64,000 nucleotides of DNA from the NCBI GenBank assembly GCA_002418895.1, contig DIFA01000019.1, forward strand, positions 106,662-170,661, written 5' to 3'. The translations under genes and the position numbers were made by a program. This document shows positions 12,141-21,512 of this stretch, piece by piece (the stretch's first letter is position 1; every line of letters begins with the position of its first letter). The notes beneath the pieces were generated by a model. That model saw nothing but the letters and a program-made list of their open reading frames with translations, had not been told where the DNA came from and ran no database searches. Source of the stretch: Dehalococcoidia bacterium UBA5760 (GTDB taxonomy: Bacteria; Chloroflexota; Dehalococcoidia; Dehalococcoidales; UBA5760).

Positions 12141-12863
12141 TTATAATCCACCGAAGCGCCTATGCCTGTGACGATAAGACAGCAGCGCTTTATCGATATC
12201 CTTCTCATTGAAGTCAGGCCACAGAACATCGGTGAAATAGTATTCGCTGTAAGCCGATTGCCATATCAGAAAATTGCTGATACGGAGTTCACCGCCGGTG
12301 CGGATGAGCAAGTCAACATCGGGGATATCGCTAGTATAAAGGAAACGGCTAAACAACTTTTCGTCTATATTCTGCGGCGGGACGCCTTCAGCAATAATAC
12401 CACGTACCGCATCCAATATCTCAAGGCGTCCTCCGTAGTTAAAGGCAAAGCCGAGGGTCAGCCCGGTATTGTTTTCTGTCAGCTTAACGGCCTTACCTAT
12501 CTCCTGCTGGAGACCTGGAGGGAGTTCCTCCAGACGGCCGAGATGGCGAAGCCTGACCCCTTCTTTGTGAAGCTCCTGAGACTCCTTACCGATTACCTCT
12601 CCGAAGAGATGGAATATCCCCCCGACCTCATCCTGAGAACGGTTCCAGTTTTCGGTGGAGAAACCAAAAAGGGTAAGATACTTTAAGTGGTAGCGGTTGT
12701 TGAAATAACGAATCGCAGAGCGGGCGCTGTCTACTCCGGCGACATGTCCCCTGAACCTGGGCAGCTCGCGATGCTCTGCCCACCTGCCGTTACCGTCCAT
12801 AATGATAGCAACATGACGGGGATTGCCGGCCTCTTCTTCCGCAGCTAACGAATCAACTTCCAT
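12141..12863 (-). CDS. uppS: Ditrans,polycis-undecaprenyl-diphosphate synthase
   Basis: HVAIIMDGNGRWA, FSTENWNR and RTGGELRISNFLIWQ motifs. Confidence 0.92.
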   Translation of the reverse strand: MEVDSLAAEEEAGNPRHVAIIMDGNGRWAEHRELPRFRGHVAGVDSARSAIRYFNNRYHLKYLTLFGFSTENWNRSQDEVGGIFHLFGEVIGKESQELHKEGVRLRHLGRLEELPPGLQQEIGKAVKLTENNTGLTLGFAFNYGGRLEILDAVRGIIAEGVPPQNIDEKLFSRFLYTSDIPDVDLLIRTGGELRISNFLIWQSAYSEYYFTDVLWPDFNEKDIDKALLSYRHRHRRFGGL

Positions 12864-12902
12864 GACACAAGTGAAAAACTGGTGACAACCATTTAGCCCG
12901 GG

Positions 12903-13463
12903 CTAGACTTCTTCAATCTCTATCTCTTTATTCTGACCAGCCTGCTCGGCAAAAGCTATGAATCTGTCGGTAATCTTCTGCAGCTGGTCTAAGGTACGCT
13001 TCATATCATCCTGCGACATCTCTTTGTCTTTCTCCAGCTTCCTCAGTTCATCCATAGTCTCACGCCTCAAATTACGGATGATCACCCTCTCCTTCTCCAC
13101 CCTTGCCCTTACCACCTTAACCAGCTCCTGACGCCGTTCTTCATTGAGAGGCGGGATATTTATGCGAAGTACATTTCCGTCACTGACCGGATTGAGCCCG
13201 AGGTCAGATTTCAGAATGGCTTTTTCAATACTGTGCAGACTGCTTTTATCCCAGGGCTGTATAACCAGCAAGCTGACTGCCGGTGCGGAAACGCCGGCGA
13301 TTTGAATAAGCGGAGTTGGGACGCCGGCATATTCTACCTTGATATGTTCAACCAACGCCGGCGCAGCATGCCCGGTACGAATGGTAGTCAGCTCCTTCTT
13401 CAAAGCCTCTACGGAGGCCTGCATCTTCGTCTCGGTGTTCTTTAAAAGTACACTAATATCCAT
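12903..13463 (-). CDS. frr: Ribosome recycling factor
   Basis: 186 aa with a typical RRF sequence (LKKELTTIRTG...LNEERRQELVK), in the conserved pyrH-frr order. Confidence 0.93.
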   Translation of the reverse strand: MDISVLLKNTETKMQASVEALKKELTTIRTGHAAPALVEHIKVEYAGVPTPLIQIAGVSAPAVSLLVIQPWDKSSLHSIEKAILKSDLGLNPVSDGNVLRINIPPLNEERRQELVKVVRARVEKERVIIRNLRRETMDELRKLEKDKEMSQDDMKRTLDQLQKITDRFIAFAEQAGQNKEIEIEEV

Positions 13464-13472
13464 TTTTTCTGC

Positions 13473-14710
<1,238 letters not shown>

Positions 14711-14728
14711 CTCCCGCTCCTTACACTA

Positions 14729-15520
14729 CTATTCATCACCAGACATGAAAACAACCGGTTCGGTATCCTCGGCAACCGCAACCTCTTCTATGCTTTCTCC
14801 CTCTGGCTGCTCTTCACGGGCCAGGAATTCGGCCCCTCCAGCCTTACCCGCCAGAACCGAGTCGGCGATCCGGCTGCAGGCAAGCTTAATGGCCTTAATA
14901 GCATCATCATTAGCCGGAATCGGATAGTCAATACCGGTAGGGTCGCAATTGGTATCGGCAACAGCCACCACCGGTATGCCAACCCGTTTTGCCTCTTCTA
15001 AAGCCAGCCTCTCCTTGGTAACATCAACAATGAACAGAGATGAGGGTAGACTGGTCATCTCTTTGATGCCACCTATCATACGATTGAGACGCACCAACTC
15101 CTTACCCAGCTTGAGGGCTTCTTTTTTAGGCAAATGTTCAAGCTCACCCCTGGCTTGCTGGTCTTCCAGACGAACCAGATAGTCTATACGACCCTGTATC
15201 GTGCTAAAATTGGTCAGCACTCCGCCGGGCCAGCGCTGGTTAATGTAATACATATTACAGCGCTTAGCCTCTTCCTCTATAGCCTCCTGGGCCTGCTTCT
15301 TGGTACCGACAAAAAGTACGTTACCGCCGTCGGCAACCAACTGCTCGATAAAACTACAGGCCTTCTCCAGCATGCCAACCGTCTGCTCCAGATCAATGAT
15401 ATGAATACCATTACGCTTGGTGAAGATATATCTCTTCATACGAGGATGCCAACGACTCGTCTGATGGCCGAAGTGTGCCCCGGCTTCCAAAAGCTGCTTG
15501 ATTGTGACTGTACTTGCCAA
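14729..15520 (-). CDS. rpsB: 30S ribosomal protein S2
   Basis: LLEAGAHFGHQTSRWHPRM motif. TTG start preceded by AGGAGGGGGG. It has an acidic C-terminal tail. Confidence 0.93.
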   Translation of the reverse strand: MASTVTIKQLLEAGAHFGHQTSRWHPRMKRYIFTKRNGIHIIDLEQTVGMLEKACSFIEQLVADGGNVLFVGTKKQAQEAIEEEAKRCNMYYINQRWPGGVLTNFSTIQGRIDYLVRLEDQQARGELEHLPKKEALKLGKELVRLNRMIGGIKEMTSLPSSLFIVDVTKERLALEEAKRVGIPVVAVADTNCDPTGIDYPIPANDDAIKAIKLACSRIADSVLAGKAGGAEFLAREEQPEGESIEEVAVAEDTEPVVFMSGDE

Positions 15521-15547
15521 TCTTACCCCCCTCCTGAACTGTTAAGT

Positions 15548-15577
15548 AGTATAACATAACTACTCGCTATGCAGCAA
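15548..15577 (-). promoter_or_regulatory. Putative sigma-70 promoter of the rpsB operon
   Basis: On the minus strand: TTGCTG, 18-nt spacer, TATACT. It ends about 28 nt upstream of the rpsB start. Confidence 0.4.
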
Positions 15578-15649
15578 CACGAGACTATGGCAACCAAAAC
15601 CCGCCACCTGCTGCTCCGGCAAAGTGCATTTATCGGGCAGACGACCAAC

Positions 15650-16030
15650 CTAATCACAGTTAAACCCGATAAGGCTTATCTTGCTGTCTTCCTCTCTAAG
15701 GGTCCAGGTAGTCAGGCAACTACCCCAGGCATTGGTCGTAACCGTACCCTGAATCCTCCAGCTACCCTTACCATCATAATTAGCAACCCACTGGCCAACC
15801 GGGATTGCCGGACTTATTTTTACCGGTGTCTCGGAACCTTGCCCGGGAACCGCCTCCTGGTAATAATCATCGATATACGGTATGCCGGCAATCTGAATAA
15901 TAGCAATCGCCTGTTGACTGCTCAAGGCAGACGGTGATACTAATGTATTTATCAGACCGCAACCCAGAAGCGGGACAGCCAGCAAAACAGCAAGTCCACT
16001 TAACAAAAGCGATTTGGCTTTGTTTCCCAT
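15650..16030 (-). CDS. Hypothetical lipoprotein
   Basis: 126 aa with a signal peptide and lipobox LLGC. I recognise no family. Confidence 0.55.
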   Translation of the reverse strand: MGNKAKSLLLSGLAVLLAVPLLGCGLINTLVSPSALSSQQAIAIIQIAGIPYIDDYYQEAVPGQGSETPVKISPAIPVGQWVANYDGKGSWRIQGTVTTNAWGSCLTTWTLREEDSKISLIGFNCD

Positions 16031-16248
16031 TTCAGTCCACCTTTCTCTACTTGACTAACTCCGGTAATGGATACTTTAAGTACCGGAGCCGCTTTTGTCA
16101 AGCAGAGCCCGGTACCATCGATATGCCACCGGGTACCGGGCCGGAGGTATCTCCGGCAGGTATACCACAGGCGGGATAATCTATATAATAGGGGAGAAGG
16201 ATGGAAAAGGTGGAATCAGCCACCATGTTATTAGAGAGGTAACGGATC

Positions 16249-16803
16249 TTGTTAATAAGAAAAAAGGAAACGGTCGCCCAAGGGAAATATATAGACTTCG
16301 TCAGGAAACACTTTCTTACTAGGTCAGGCAAAGAAGCGGTATGGGAAATGGTGGAGAGGAAAAACACGTTCAACTGCGGGGCGGTTGCCGTCGTCGCCAT
16401 TACCCGGAATAAAGAGTTAATTCTGGAAAGACACTGGAGATACGCAATAGAGTCTTTTGTTATTCAACTACCGGCGGGGTTGACCGACCAAGCGGGAGAG
16501 AATGAAGAAGACACTGCAAGACGCGAGCTCATGGAGGAGACAGGCTACCTGGCCGGGGAGCTTGTCCCGATTAAGGTAACACCAGAATGCTCGGTTCTGA
16601 CACCCAGCCGGGTCAATCATTTTCTGGCACCGGACGCGGAATATGTCGGAGGCGAGAATCCCGATGATGCTGAAATAATTGAGGTCCTTAAAATACCCAT
16701 CGCAGGATTGCCTGATTTCCTGCTCAACCTACCTGCAGACACCACCATGGACCTTAGAGTTCCCGGTATAATCTGGATTTTAGAGAAAATGGGGTTGATC
16801 TAA
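16249..16803 (+). CDS. NUDIX hydrolase (ADP-ribose pyrophosphatase-like)
   Basis: Nudix box G...EEDTARRELMEETGY. TTG start 9 nt after GAGAGG. Confidence 0.8.
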   Translation: MLIRKKETVAQGKYIDFVRKHFLTRSGKEAVWEMVERKNTFNCGAVAVVAITRNKELILERHWRYAIESFVIQLPAGLTDQAGENEEDTARRELMEETGYLAGELVPIKVTPECSVLTPSRVNHFLAPDAEYVGGENPDDAEIIEVLKIPIAGLPDFLLNLPADTTMDLRVPGIIWILEKMGLI

Positions 16804-16855
16804 AAACAGGTTCAGCGAAACTCGTTAAGGTTATTATCGAAATGGACAAAAGCAG

Positions 16856-16884
16856 TTGACACCGATAGATATATCATTTATGAT
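16856..16884 (+). promoter_or_regulatory. Near-consensus sigma-70 promoter of the ABC uptake operon
   Basis: TTGACA (16856-16861), 17-nt spacer, TATGAT (16879-16884). Confidence 0.55.
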
Positions 16885-16890
16885 ATATCT
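16867..16890. promoter_or_regulatory. Perfect 24-bp palindrome (putative repressor operator) overlapping the -10 box
   Basis: AGATATATCAT-TT-ATGATATATCT. The two 11-nt arms are exact reverse complements. It is AT-rich and resembles Fur/Zur/PerR-type boxes. Confidence 0.5.
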
Positions 16891-17041
16891 AAGTTAGAGC
16901 TACCGACAGTGGTATGTAAAAGGCTTGGTACCTTCGATACCAAGCATCCAATTCCACCGGACACTACACTAACGAGAGCAATGGCCCATTGACAAGGCTC
17001 TTTAACACACTGTAACATTGTACCAACTGAATATCGGATTA

Positions 17042-17207
17042 CTCTCCGAGCGGAGATACCTAAAGCTTAGAGCAATGGTACGGCCGCCGGTGGGCTTCAT
17101 AGAAGCCTCGAGGGTATGGGTGGAAACGCTTGTGCCTCCCGTTGGAAAGGAGAGCTTACTTAGTAAGCATTCGTTTGAAGGCACCTCCTTTCGAGGTGCT
17201 TTTTTTA
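17042..17207 (+). promoter_or_regulatory. Cobalamin-riboswitch-like leader element with a terminator expression platform
   Basis: - Closing helix CTCTCC (17042-47) / GGAGAG (17149-54).
- GGTG, then hairpin GGCTTC-ATA-GAAGCC.
- AGGGTA-TG-GGTGGAAA...CCTCCCG, which resembles the conserved AGGGAA..GGTGnAAA..CCCGC core.
- GAAGGCACCTCC, a weak B12-box-like segment that overlaps the terminator stem.
- There is no clear GCCACTG element. Confidence 0.5.
17178..17207 (+). terminator. Intrinsic terminator/attenuator in the operon leader
   Basis: GCACCTC-CTTTC-GAGGTGC followed by TTTTTTT. It ends about 105 nt upstream of the first CDS. Confidence 0.65.
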
Positions 17208-17313
17208 TTACGGCATAAATAGTGTTTAGAAAACGTATGGGAGTGATTATGAAAAATTGATGAATTACTGAAACATACAATCAATAATAATCAATACGAA
17301 GGAGGATACTATA

Positions 17314-18366
17314 ATGAAAAGAGCAGTCACAATTTTGGCCAGCCTGGCAATTCTGGCCTCGGTTATGACCGGTTGCACTCAGACGACACCGCCCGACAAA
17401 ACACCATCAACCAGAATTGTCGTGGACCAGATCGGTAACGTCGTTGAGCTTCCCGAGACTATCGACGAAGTGGCTAACTTCTGTTATCAGATGGTCGAAG
17501 TGCAGATTGCCTTGGGAGCAGGCGATAAGCTGGTCGCAGGATCTTATTATGGAGATGTGCCCTGGCTGGATGAAAGTTTGAAATCCTTGCCGAATCCCTA
17601 CAACTGGCAAACCGGCCTGAATGTTGAGGAATTAGTGAGCGTCGATCCGGATCTAGTAGTGATGTGGGGCGGTACCCCACAGGATGCTATGGATATGGTC
17701 TGGGACGCCGGTTATCCAGTGGTCTGCGACTGGACCATGGGCCAAGGCACTACTGAGGAAGCTATTGAAATGCTCGGTAAAGCCCTGGGGAAGGAAGCTG
17801 AAGCTGACGAAATCCTCGCCTACTGGGCTGACCAACAGGCAATTATCAATGATGTCATCAATGACATACCTGAAGGAGACCGCTTACGGGTATTCTATAC
17901 CGGTCATGACAAACTGATCACCTGTGCCAAAAATACCGATGAAGATTGGTGGATATCAGAGGCCGGTGGTATCAATGTGGCTAGAGATGCCTCCGGTCTG
18001 CCCTGGGGTTCAGCCTCCTGGTGGATGGAACTTTCAATAGAGTCCGTTATCGCATGGGACCCCGACGTTATAATCATAAGTTCTAAGGCTGGAATTGATC
18101 CCGATGATATACTGAACGACCCGCAGTGGAAAGATATAAAGGCAGTTCAGGATGGCAAGGTGTACCGGGTTCCTTTTGGCTATCATGTCTGGGACAGGCC
18201 TTGTGCCGAGAGAATTCTAGGGCAGTTGTGGCTGGCGCAGAAACTCTATCCCGATAAATTCACCAATATCGATATCAGGCAAGAGACAAGAGACTTCTTT
18301 GAAACATTTTTCCGGGTCAATCTGTCTGAAGAAGAGGTGGACGATATTCTGGCCGGCGTAAAATAG
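17314..18366 (+). CDS. ABC transporter substrate-binding lipoprotein, Fe-siderophore/cobalamin (BtuF/FhuD) family
   Basis: Lipobox MTGC and a GGAGG RBS. Its periplasmic-binding-protein type 2 look (DLVVMW..., VIIISS...) and its position in an operon with FecCD-type permease and ATPase genes support the call. Confidence 0.8.
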   Translation: MKRAVTILASLAILASVMTGCTQTTPPDKTPSTRIVVDQIGNVVELPETIDEVANFCYQMVEVQIALGAGDKLVAGSYYGDVPWLDESLKSLPNPYNWQTGLNVEELVSVDPDLVVMWGGTPQDAMDMVWDAGYPVVCDWTMGQGTTEEAIEMLGKALGKEAEADEILAYWADQQAIINDVINDIPEGDRLRVFYTGHDKLITCAKNTDEDWWISEAGGINVARDASGLPWGSASWWMELSIESVIAWDPDVIIISSKAGIDPDDILNDPQWKDIKAVQDGKVYRVPFGYHVWDRPCAERILGQLWLAQKLYPDKFTNIDIRQETRDFFETFFRVNLSEEEVDDILAGVK

Positions 18367-18376
18367 TCGTTGCCGC

Positions 18377-18414
18377 ATAGGAGAGATACGATACTGACTA
18401 AGTATCTCTCCTAT
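18377..18414 (+). promoter_or_regulatory. Perfect 13-bp intercistronic stem-loop
   Basis: ATAGGAGAGATAC, 12-nt loop, GTATCTCTCCTAT. No U-tract follows. It lies between the binding-protein stop and the radical-SAM start. Confidence 0.6.
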
Positions 18415-18435
18415 GCCCAACCCAAAGAGGGTACC

Positions 18436-19329
18436 ATGATTTCTGAGATTATCGATATGCTGCAGGCCGATGATGCCAACGCTCTTTTCGGCCAAGCCCG
18501 CAGCTTAGCCACTAGAAAAGAACTACTATTCTCAAAACGCATCCCTTTGACCAGTACCTGCACAATGGATCCCATTTGTCGTCATTGCAGCTGGCAACCT
18601 TTCCGGCACTTGAGTACAGGTTCCACTCAGTCTGCTATGACTCCGGCCAGTGCTGTTATACGTGCTAAAAACATCGAACGGGCAGGGATTCAGCGCTGTT
18701 ACTTCCCCAGTGGTTGGATGGGGTTTGAGGTCCCCCACTATTTCTATGAATGCATTTCGGCGGTACGGGAAAATACCAGCCTGGAGCTGTTTGGCGAATC
18801 AGGGGCGATCAGCCGGCAGACACTTCAAAATATGAAAGCCGCCGGCATGGACGGATACATTATCGGCGTAGAAACCACTAACGAAGCGCTATTTCGCTGG
18901 ATGCGACCCGGAGAAGATTATCAGCGTCGTATTCAGACTATCTGGGATGCCAAAGAGATAGGCCTAAAAGTACTGACTACATTTCTTGTAGGTATCGGGG
19001 AGACTGTGGCTGATCTCGGGAAAACCATCGAATATACCCGACAACTGGATATCGATTCTATCCATGTTTTACCGTTTATGCCCTGTCCTTTCACTGATAT
19101 GGAGAAACGGTCAACGCCTAATCATTACTGGTCGGCCAAGGTTACCGCAGTCACTCGCATTACTAATCCTGCGGTTAACCTCTATGCCTTTGGAACTCAG
19201 CTATGGCACGAAGCTGCCTGGGCAGTAAGAGCGGGAAGCAACGCTTTTTGGGTTTCGTATAATTGCGGAGAAAACGATGCTGCATATGACGATGATGAGC
19301 TGGTGCGACTGAAGAATATATTTAAGTAG
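18436..19329 (+). CDS. Radical SAM-like protein of the BioB/HydE/PylB/HcgA type with a CX5CX2C motif
   Basis: The motif CTMDPICRHC sits where BioB-like enzymes carry CX3CX2C. The downstream layout (GIQRCYF..., NMKAAGMDGY..., FLVGIGET...) is BioB-like. I placed the start at ATG 18436 after AGAGGG; the track ORF starts at 18370, inside the hairpin. Confidence 0.65.
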   Translation: MISEIIDMLQADDANALFGQARSLATRKELLFSKRIPLTSTCTMDPICRHCSWQPFRHLSTGSTQSAMTPASAVIRAKNIERAGIQRCYFPSGWMGFEVPHYFYECISAVRENTSLELFGESGAISRQTLQNMKAAGMDGYIIGVETTNEALFRWMRPGEDYQRRIQTIWDAKEIGLKVLTTFLVGIGETVADLGKTIEYTRQLDIDSIHVLPFMPCPFTDMEKRSTPNHYWSAKVTAVTRITNPAVNLYAFGTQLWHEAAWAVRAGSNAFWVSYNCGENDAAYDDDELVRLKNIFK

Positions 19330-19386
19330 TGCCTCTATCCCTTGATGAAGATATCGGCTGTGCCTCAATAGCTAACCGAAACAAGA

Positions 19387-20403
19387 GTGGTTAATAATCC
19401 CATGACCCGTAAACAAAAATCGCTATTAATACTGCTACCACTGATTATTCTCTTCGTGTCCTTGTTTGTTGGCAGATATATGATCCCCCCACTCGAGGTC
19501 TGCCAAGTCCTAATCGGCAAAGCGCTGTCAATCACTCCGACCTGGGAACCCAAAATAGAGACTATTATTTTCGGGGTAAGATTACCCCGAGCTCTTCTAG
19601 CACTCGTAATAGGGGCCAGTCTCTCCATATCCGGAGCTTCGTTTCAGGGACTGTTTCGCAATCCCCTGGTCAGTCCCGACATTCTCGGCGTCAGTTCCGG
19701 GGCCGGCTTCGGTGCCGCCCTGGCAATTCTGCTCTCATTAGGGCCGGCTTACGTACAGGTATTCGCGCTGGCTTTCGGAGTTCTTGCCGTTTGCTTAGCC
19801 TACCTTCTAAGCCGAATATACCGGGCCGATTCGGTAATAATGCTGGTTTTATCCGGCGTGGTAGTATCGGCTTTTTTCGGGGCTTTAATTTCTCTGACCA
19901 AGACAGTAGCCGATCCTCAGACGAAGCTACCCGCAATAACCTTCTGGCTCATGGGCAGCCTCAGCACATCCAATTTACAGGACCTTATTTCGATATTGCC
20001 GTTCGTTCTATTTGGAATCACCGGATTACTTATAGTGCGATGGCGTATTAATGTGCTGTCCATGGGTAATGAGGAAGCAATGTCTATGGGTCTTAATACC
20101 AGGCCACTTATTGCTTTCATCGTTCTTTGTGCCACGCTGACAACAGCCGCTTCGGTCTCGGTAAGCGGCATTGTCGGCTGGGTGGGCCTTATGGTGCCGC
20201 ACTTAGGAAGGATGCTGGTCGGCCCTGACCACAAGTACCTGTTACCGGCATCTTTGTCTATCGGAGCCAGTTACCTGCTAGTCATGGATGCCATCGCTCG
20301 AACCGCCAGTACCAATGAGATACCTCTGGGAATACTGACAGCAATAATCGGCGCGCCTTTCTTTGCTTATCTGTTACGCAAAACCAGAGGAGTGTGGCTT
20401 TGA
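19387..20403 (+). CDS. FecCD/BtuC-family ABC permease
   Basis: 338 aa, about 9-10 TM segments, typical FecCD segments (RLPRALLALVIGASLSISGASFQGLFRNPLVSPDILGVSSGA). The start may be ATG 19402. Confidence 0.85.
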   Translation: MVNNPMTRKQKSLLILLPLIILFVSLFVGRYMIPPLEVCQVLIGKALSITPTWEPKIETIIFGVRLPRALLALVIGASLSISGASFQGLFRNPLVSPDILGVSSGAGFGAALAILLSLGPAYVQVFALAFGVLAVCLAYLLSRIYRADSVIMLVLSGVVVSAFFGALISLTKTVADPQTKLPAITFWLMGSLSTSNLQDLISILPFVLFGITGLLIVRWRINVLSMGNEEAMSMGLNTRPLIAFIVLCATLTTAASVSVSGIVGWVGLMVPHLGRMLVGPDHKYLLPASLSIGASYLLVMDAIARTASTNEIPLGILTAIIGAPFFAYLLRKTRGVWL

Positions 20404-21203
20404 TGCCAGCCAAGTTAGCCATTAGCGATGCTGAATTCAGCTATGGTGAAAGGGATATCTTTCATCACCTGAACCTGGAAGTCATGAGCGGTGAGGTTTG
20501 CTGTATATTAGGGGCCAATGGATGCGGCAAGACGACTCTACTCCGCTGTATTGCCGGCACGCTCAAACTACAAAGCGGAGAAATCTATGTCGATGGTCAC
20601 GACGTGTATGATTTAAAGATAAATAAGAGAGCCGGAAGAATAGGTATCGTTTTTCAGGAACACAATATTGCCTTTCCATATAATGTTCTGGAAGTAGTTA
20701 AGATGGGTCGTACGGCCCATCTTAACCTGTTCAATACTCCTTCCCGGAAAGACACTCAGATTGCCGAGGAAAAACTTGCCATGGTCGGGATGCTGCATCT
20801 CAAGGACAAACCGTATAATCAACTTAGCGGCGGAGAAAGGCAGCTCATTCTTATCGCACGTACTATTGCTCAGGAGCCGGAAGTTGTACTGCTCGATGAG
20901 CCTACTTCTCACCTGGATTTTCGCAACCAGGTACTGATTCTGAAGATAATCAATCAACTGGTTGCAAAAGGATTGACTGTCATCATGTCTACACACTTGC
21001 CTAATCACGCCTTTCTAGTATCGGGAAAATCCGCCATTATGCACAACGGTTCTTTTATAGCAATTGGCGATCCTACCACGGTGGTGACGGAAGAAAACAT
21101 GAAGACAGCGTACGGGGTCGATGTAAAAATACGGGACGTAGCATTAGACGGTTTAAATGATTTAATCAAAGTATGTGTGCCGGTTCTAAGGAAAGCCGAT
21201 TGA
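20403..21203 (+). CDS. ABC ATP-binding protein (FepC/BtuD-like)
   Basis: Walker A GANGCGKTT, signature LSGGERQ, Walker B VLLDEPTSHLD. ATG 20403 overlaps the permease TGA (TGATG) and lies 10 nt after GGAG. Confidence 0.88.
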   Translation: MPAKLAISDAEFSYGERDIFHHLNLEVMSGEVCCILGANGCGKTTLLRCIAGTLKLQSGEIYVDGHDVYDLKINKRAGRIGIVFQEHNIAFPYNVLEVVKMGRTAHLNLFNTPSRKDTQIAEEKLAMVGMLHLKDKPYNQLSGGERQLILIARTIAQEPEVVLLDEPTSHLDFRNQVLILKIINQLVAKGLTVIMSTHLPNHAFLVSGKSAIMHNGSFIAIGDPTTVVTEENMKTAYGVDVKIRDVALDGLNDLIKVCVPVLRKAD

Positions 21204-21437
21204 AAACGCTTATGCCAAAGTTCTATCGGTAGGCTGAGGGACGAATGCTTGAACGAGAACTGGTTTATCAGCCTGAAGGATGCCAGGGAGGTTATTGAAA
21301 ACTGGCGGATAGACTATAATGTGGGCAAACCACACAGCTCACTCGGAGGTCTGACACCTAACAATTACGTTGAAAATACCGGAAAGGGTCAGCGAGAATC
21401 TAATCATCGGTTTGCTAATTCAGGGGTAAGGTCATAA
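21204..21437 (+). pseudogene. 3'-terminal remnant of an IS3-family transposase (OrfB/rve C-terminus)
   Basis: The frame opens immediately after the ABC ATPase stop. It reads ...GRLRDECLNENWFISLKDAREVIENWRIDYNVGKPHSSLGGLTPNNY, the conserved C-terminal block of IS3 transposases. The DDE core and N-terminus are absent. Confidence 0.75.
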
Positions 21438-21512
21438 GACATTCCATTCAAGATTTTCTGGGTATATAATCATTAGACAATTGTTGATAGATAAACTACA
21501 GGGAGATTGTTG

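Noticed and set aside
15569-15937. 122-aa plus-strand ORF overlapping the 15650..16030 lipoprotein gene.
   Set aside because: The minus-strand ORF has a proper signal peptide and lipobox. The plus-strand translation is featureless, so I kept only the lipoprotein.
16200-16241. 13-codon mini-ORF (MEKVESATMLLER) with a GGGGAGAAGG RBS just upstream of the NUDIX gene.
   Set aside because: It could be a leader peptide. It is very short, has no associated terminator or antiterminator structure, and has no amino-acid bias suggestive of attenuation. The evidence is insufficient.
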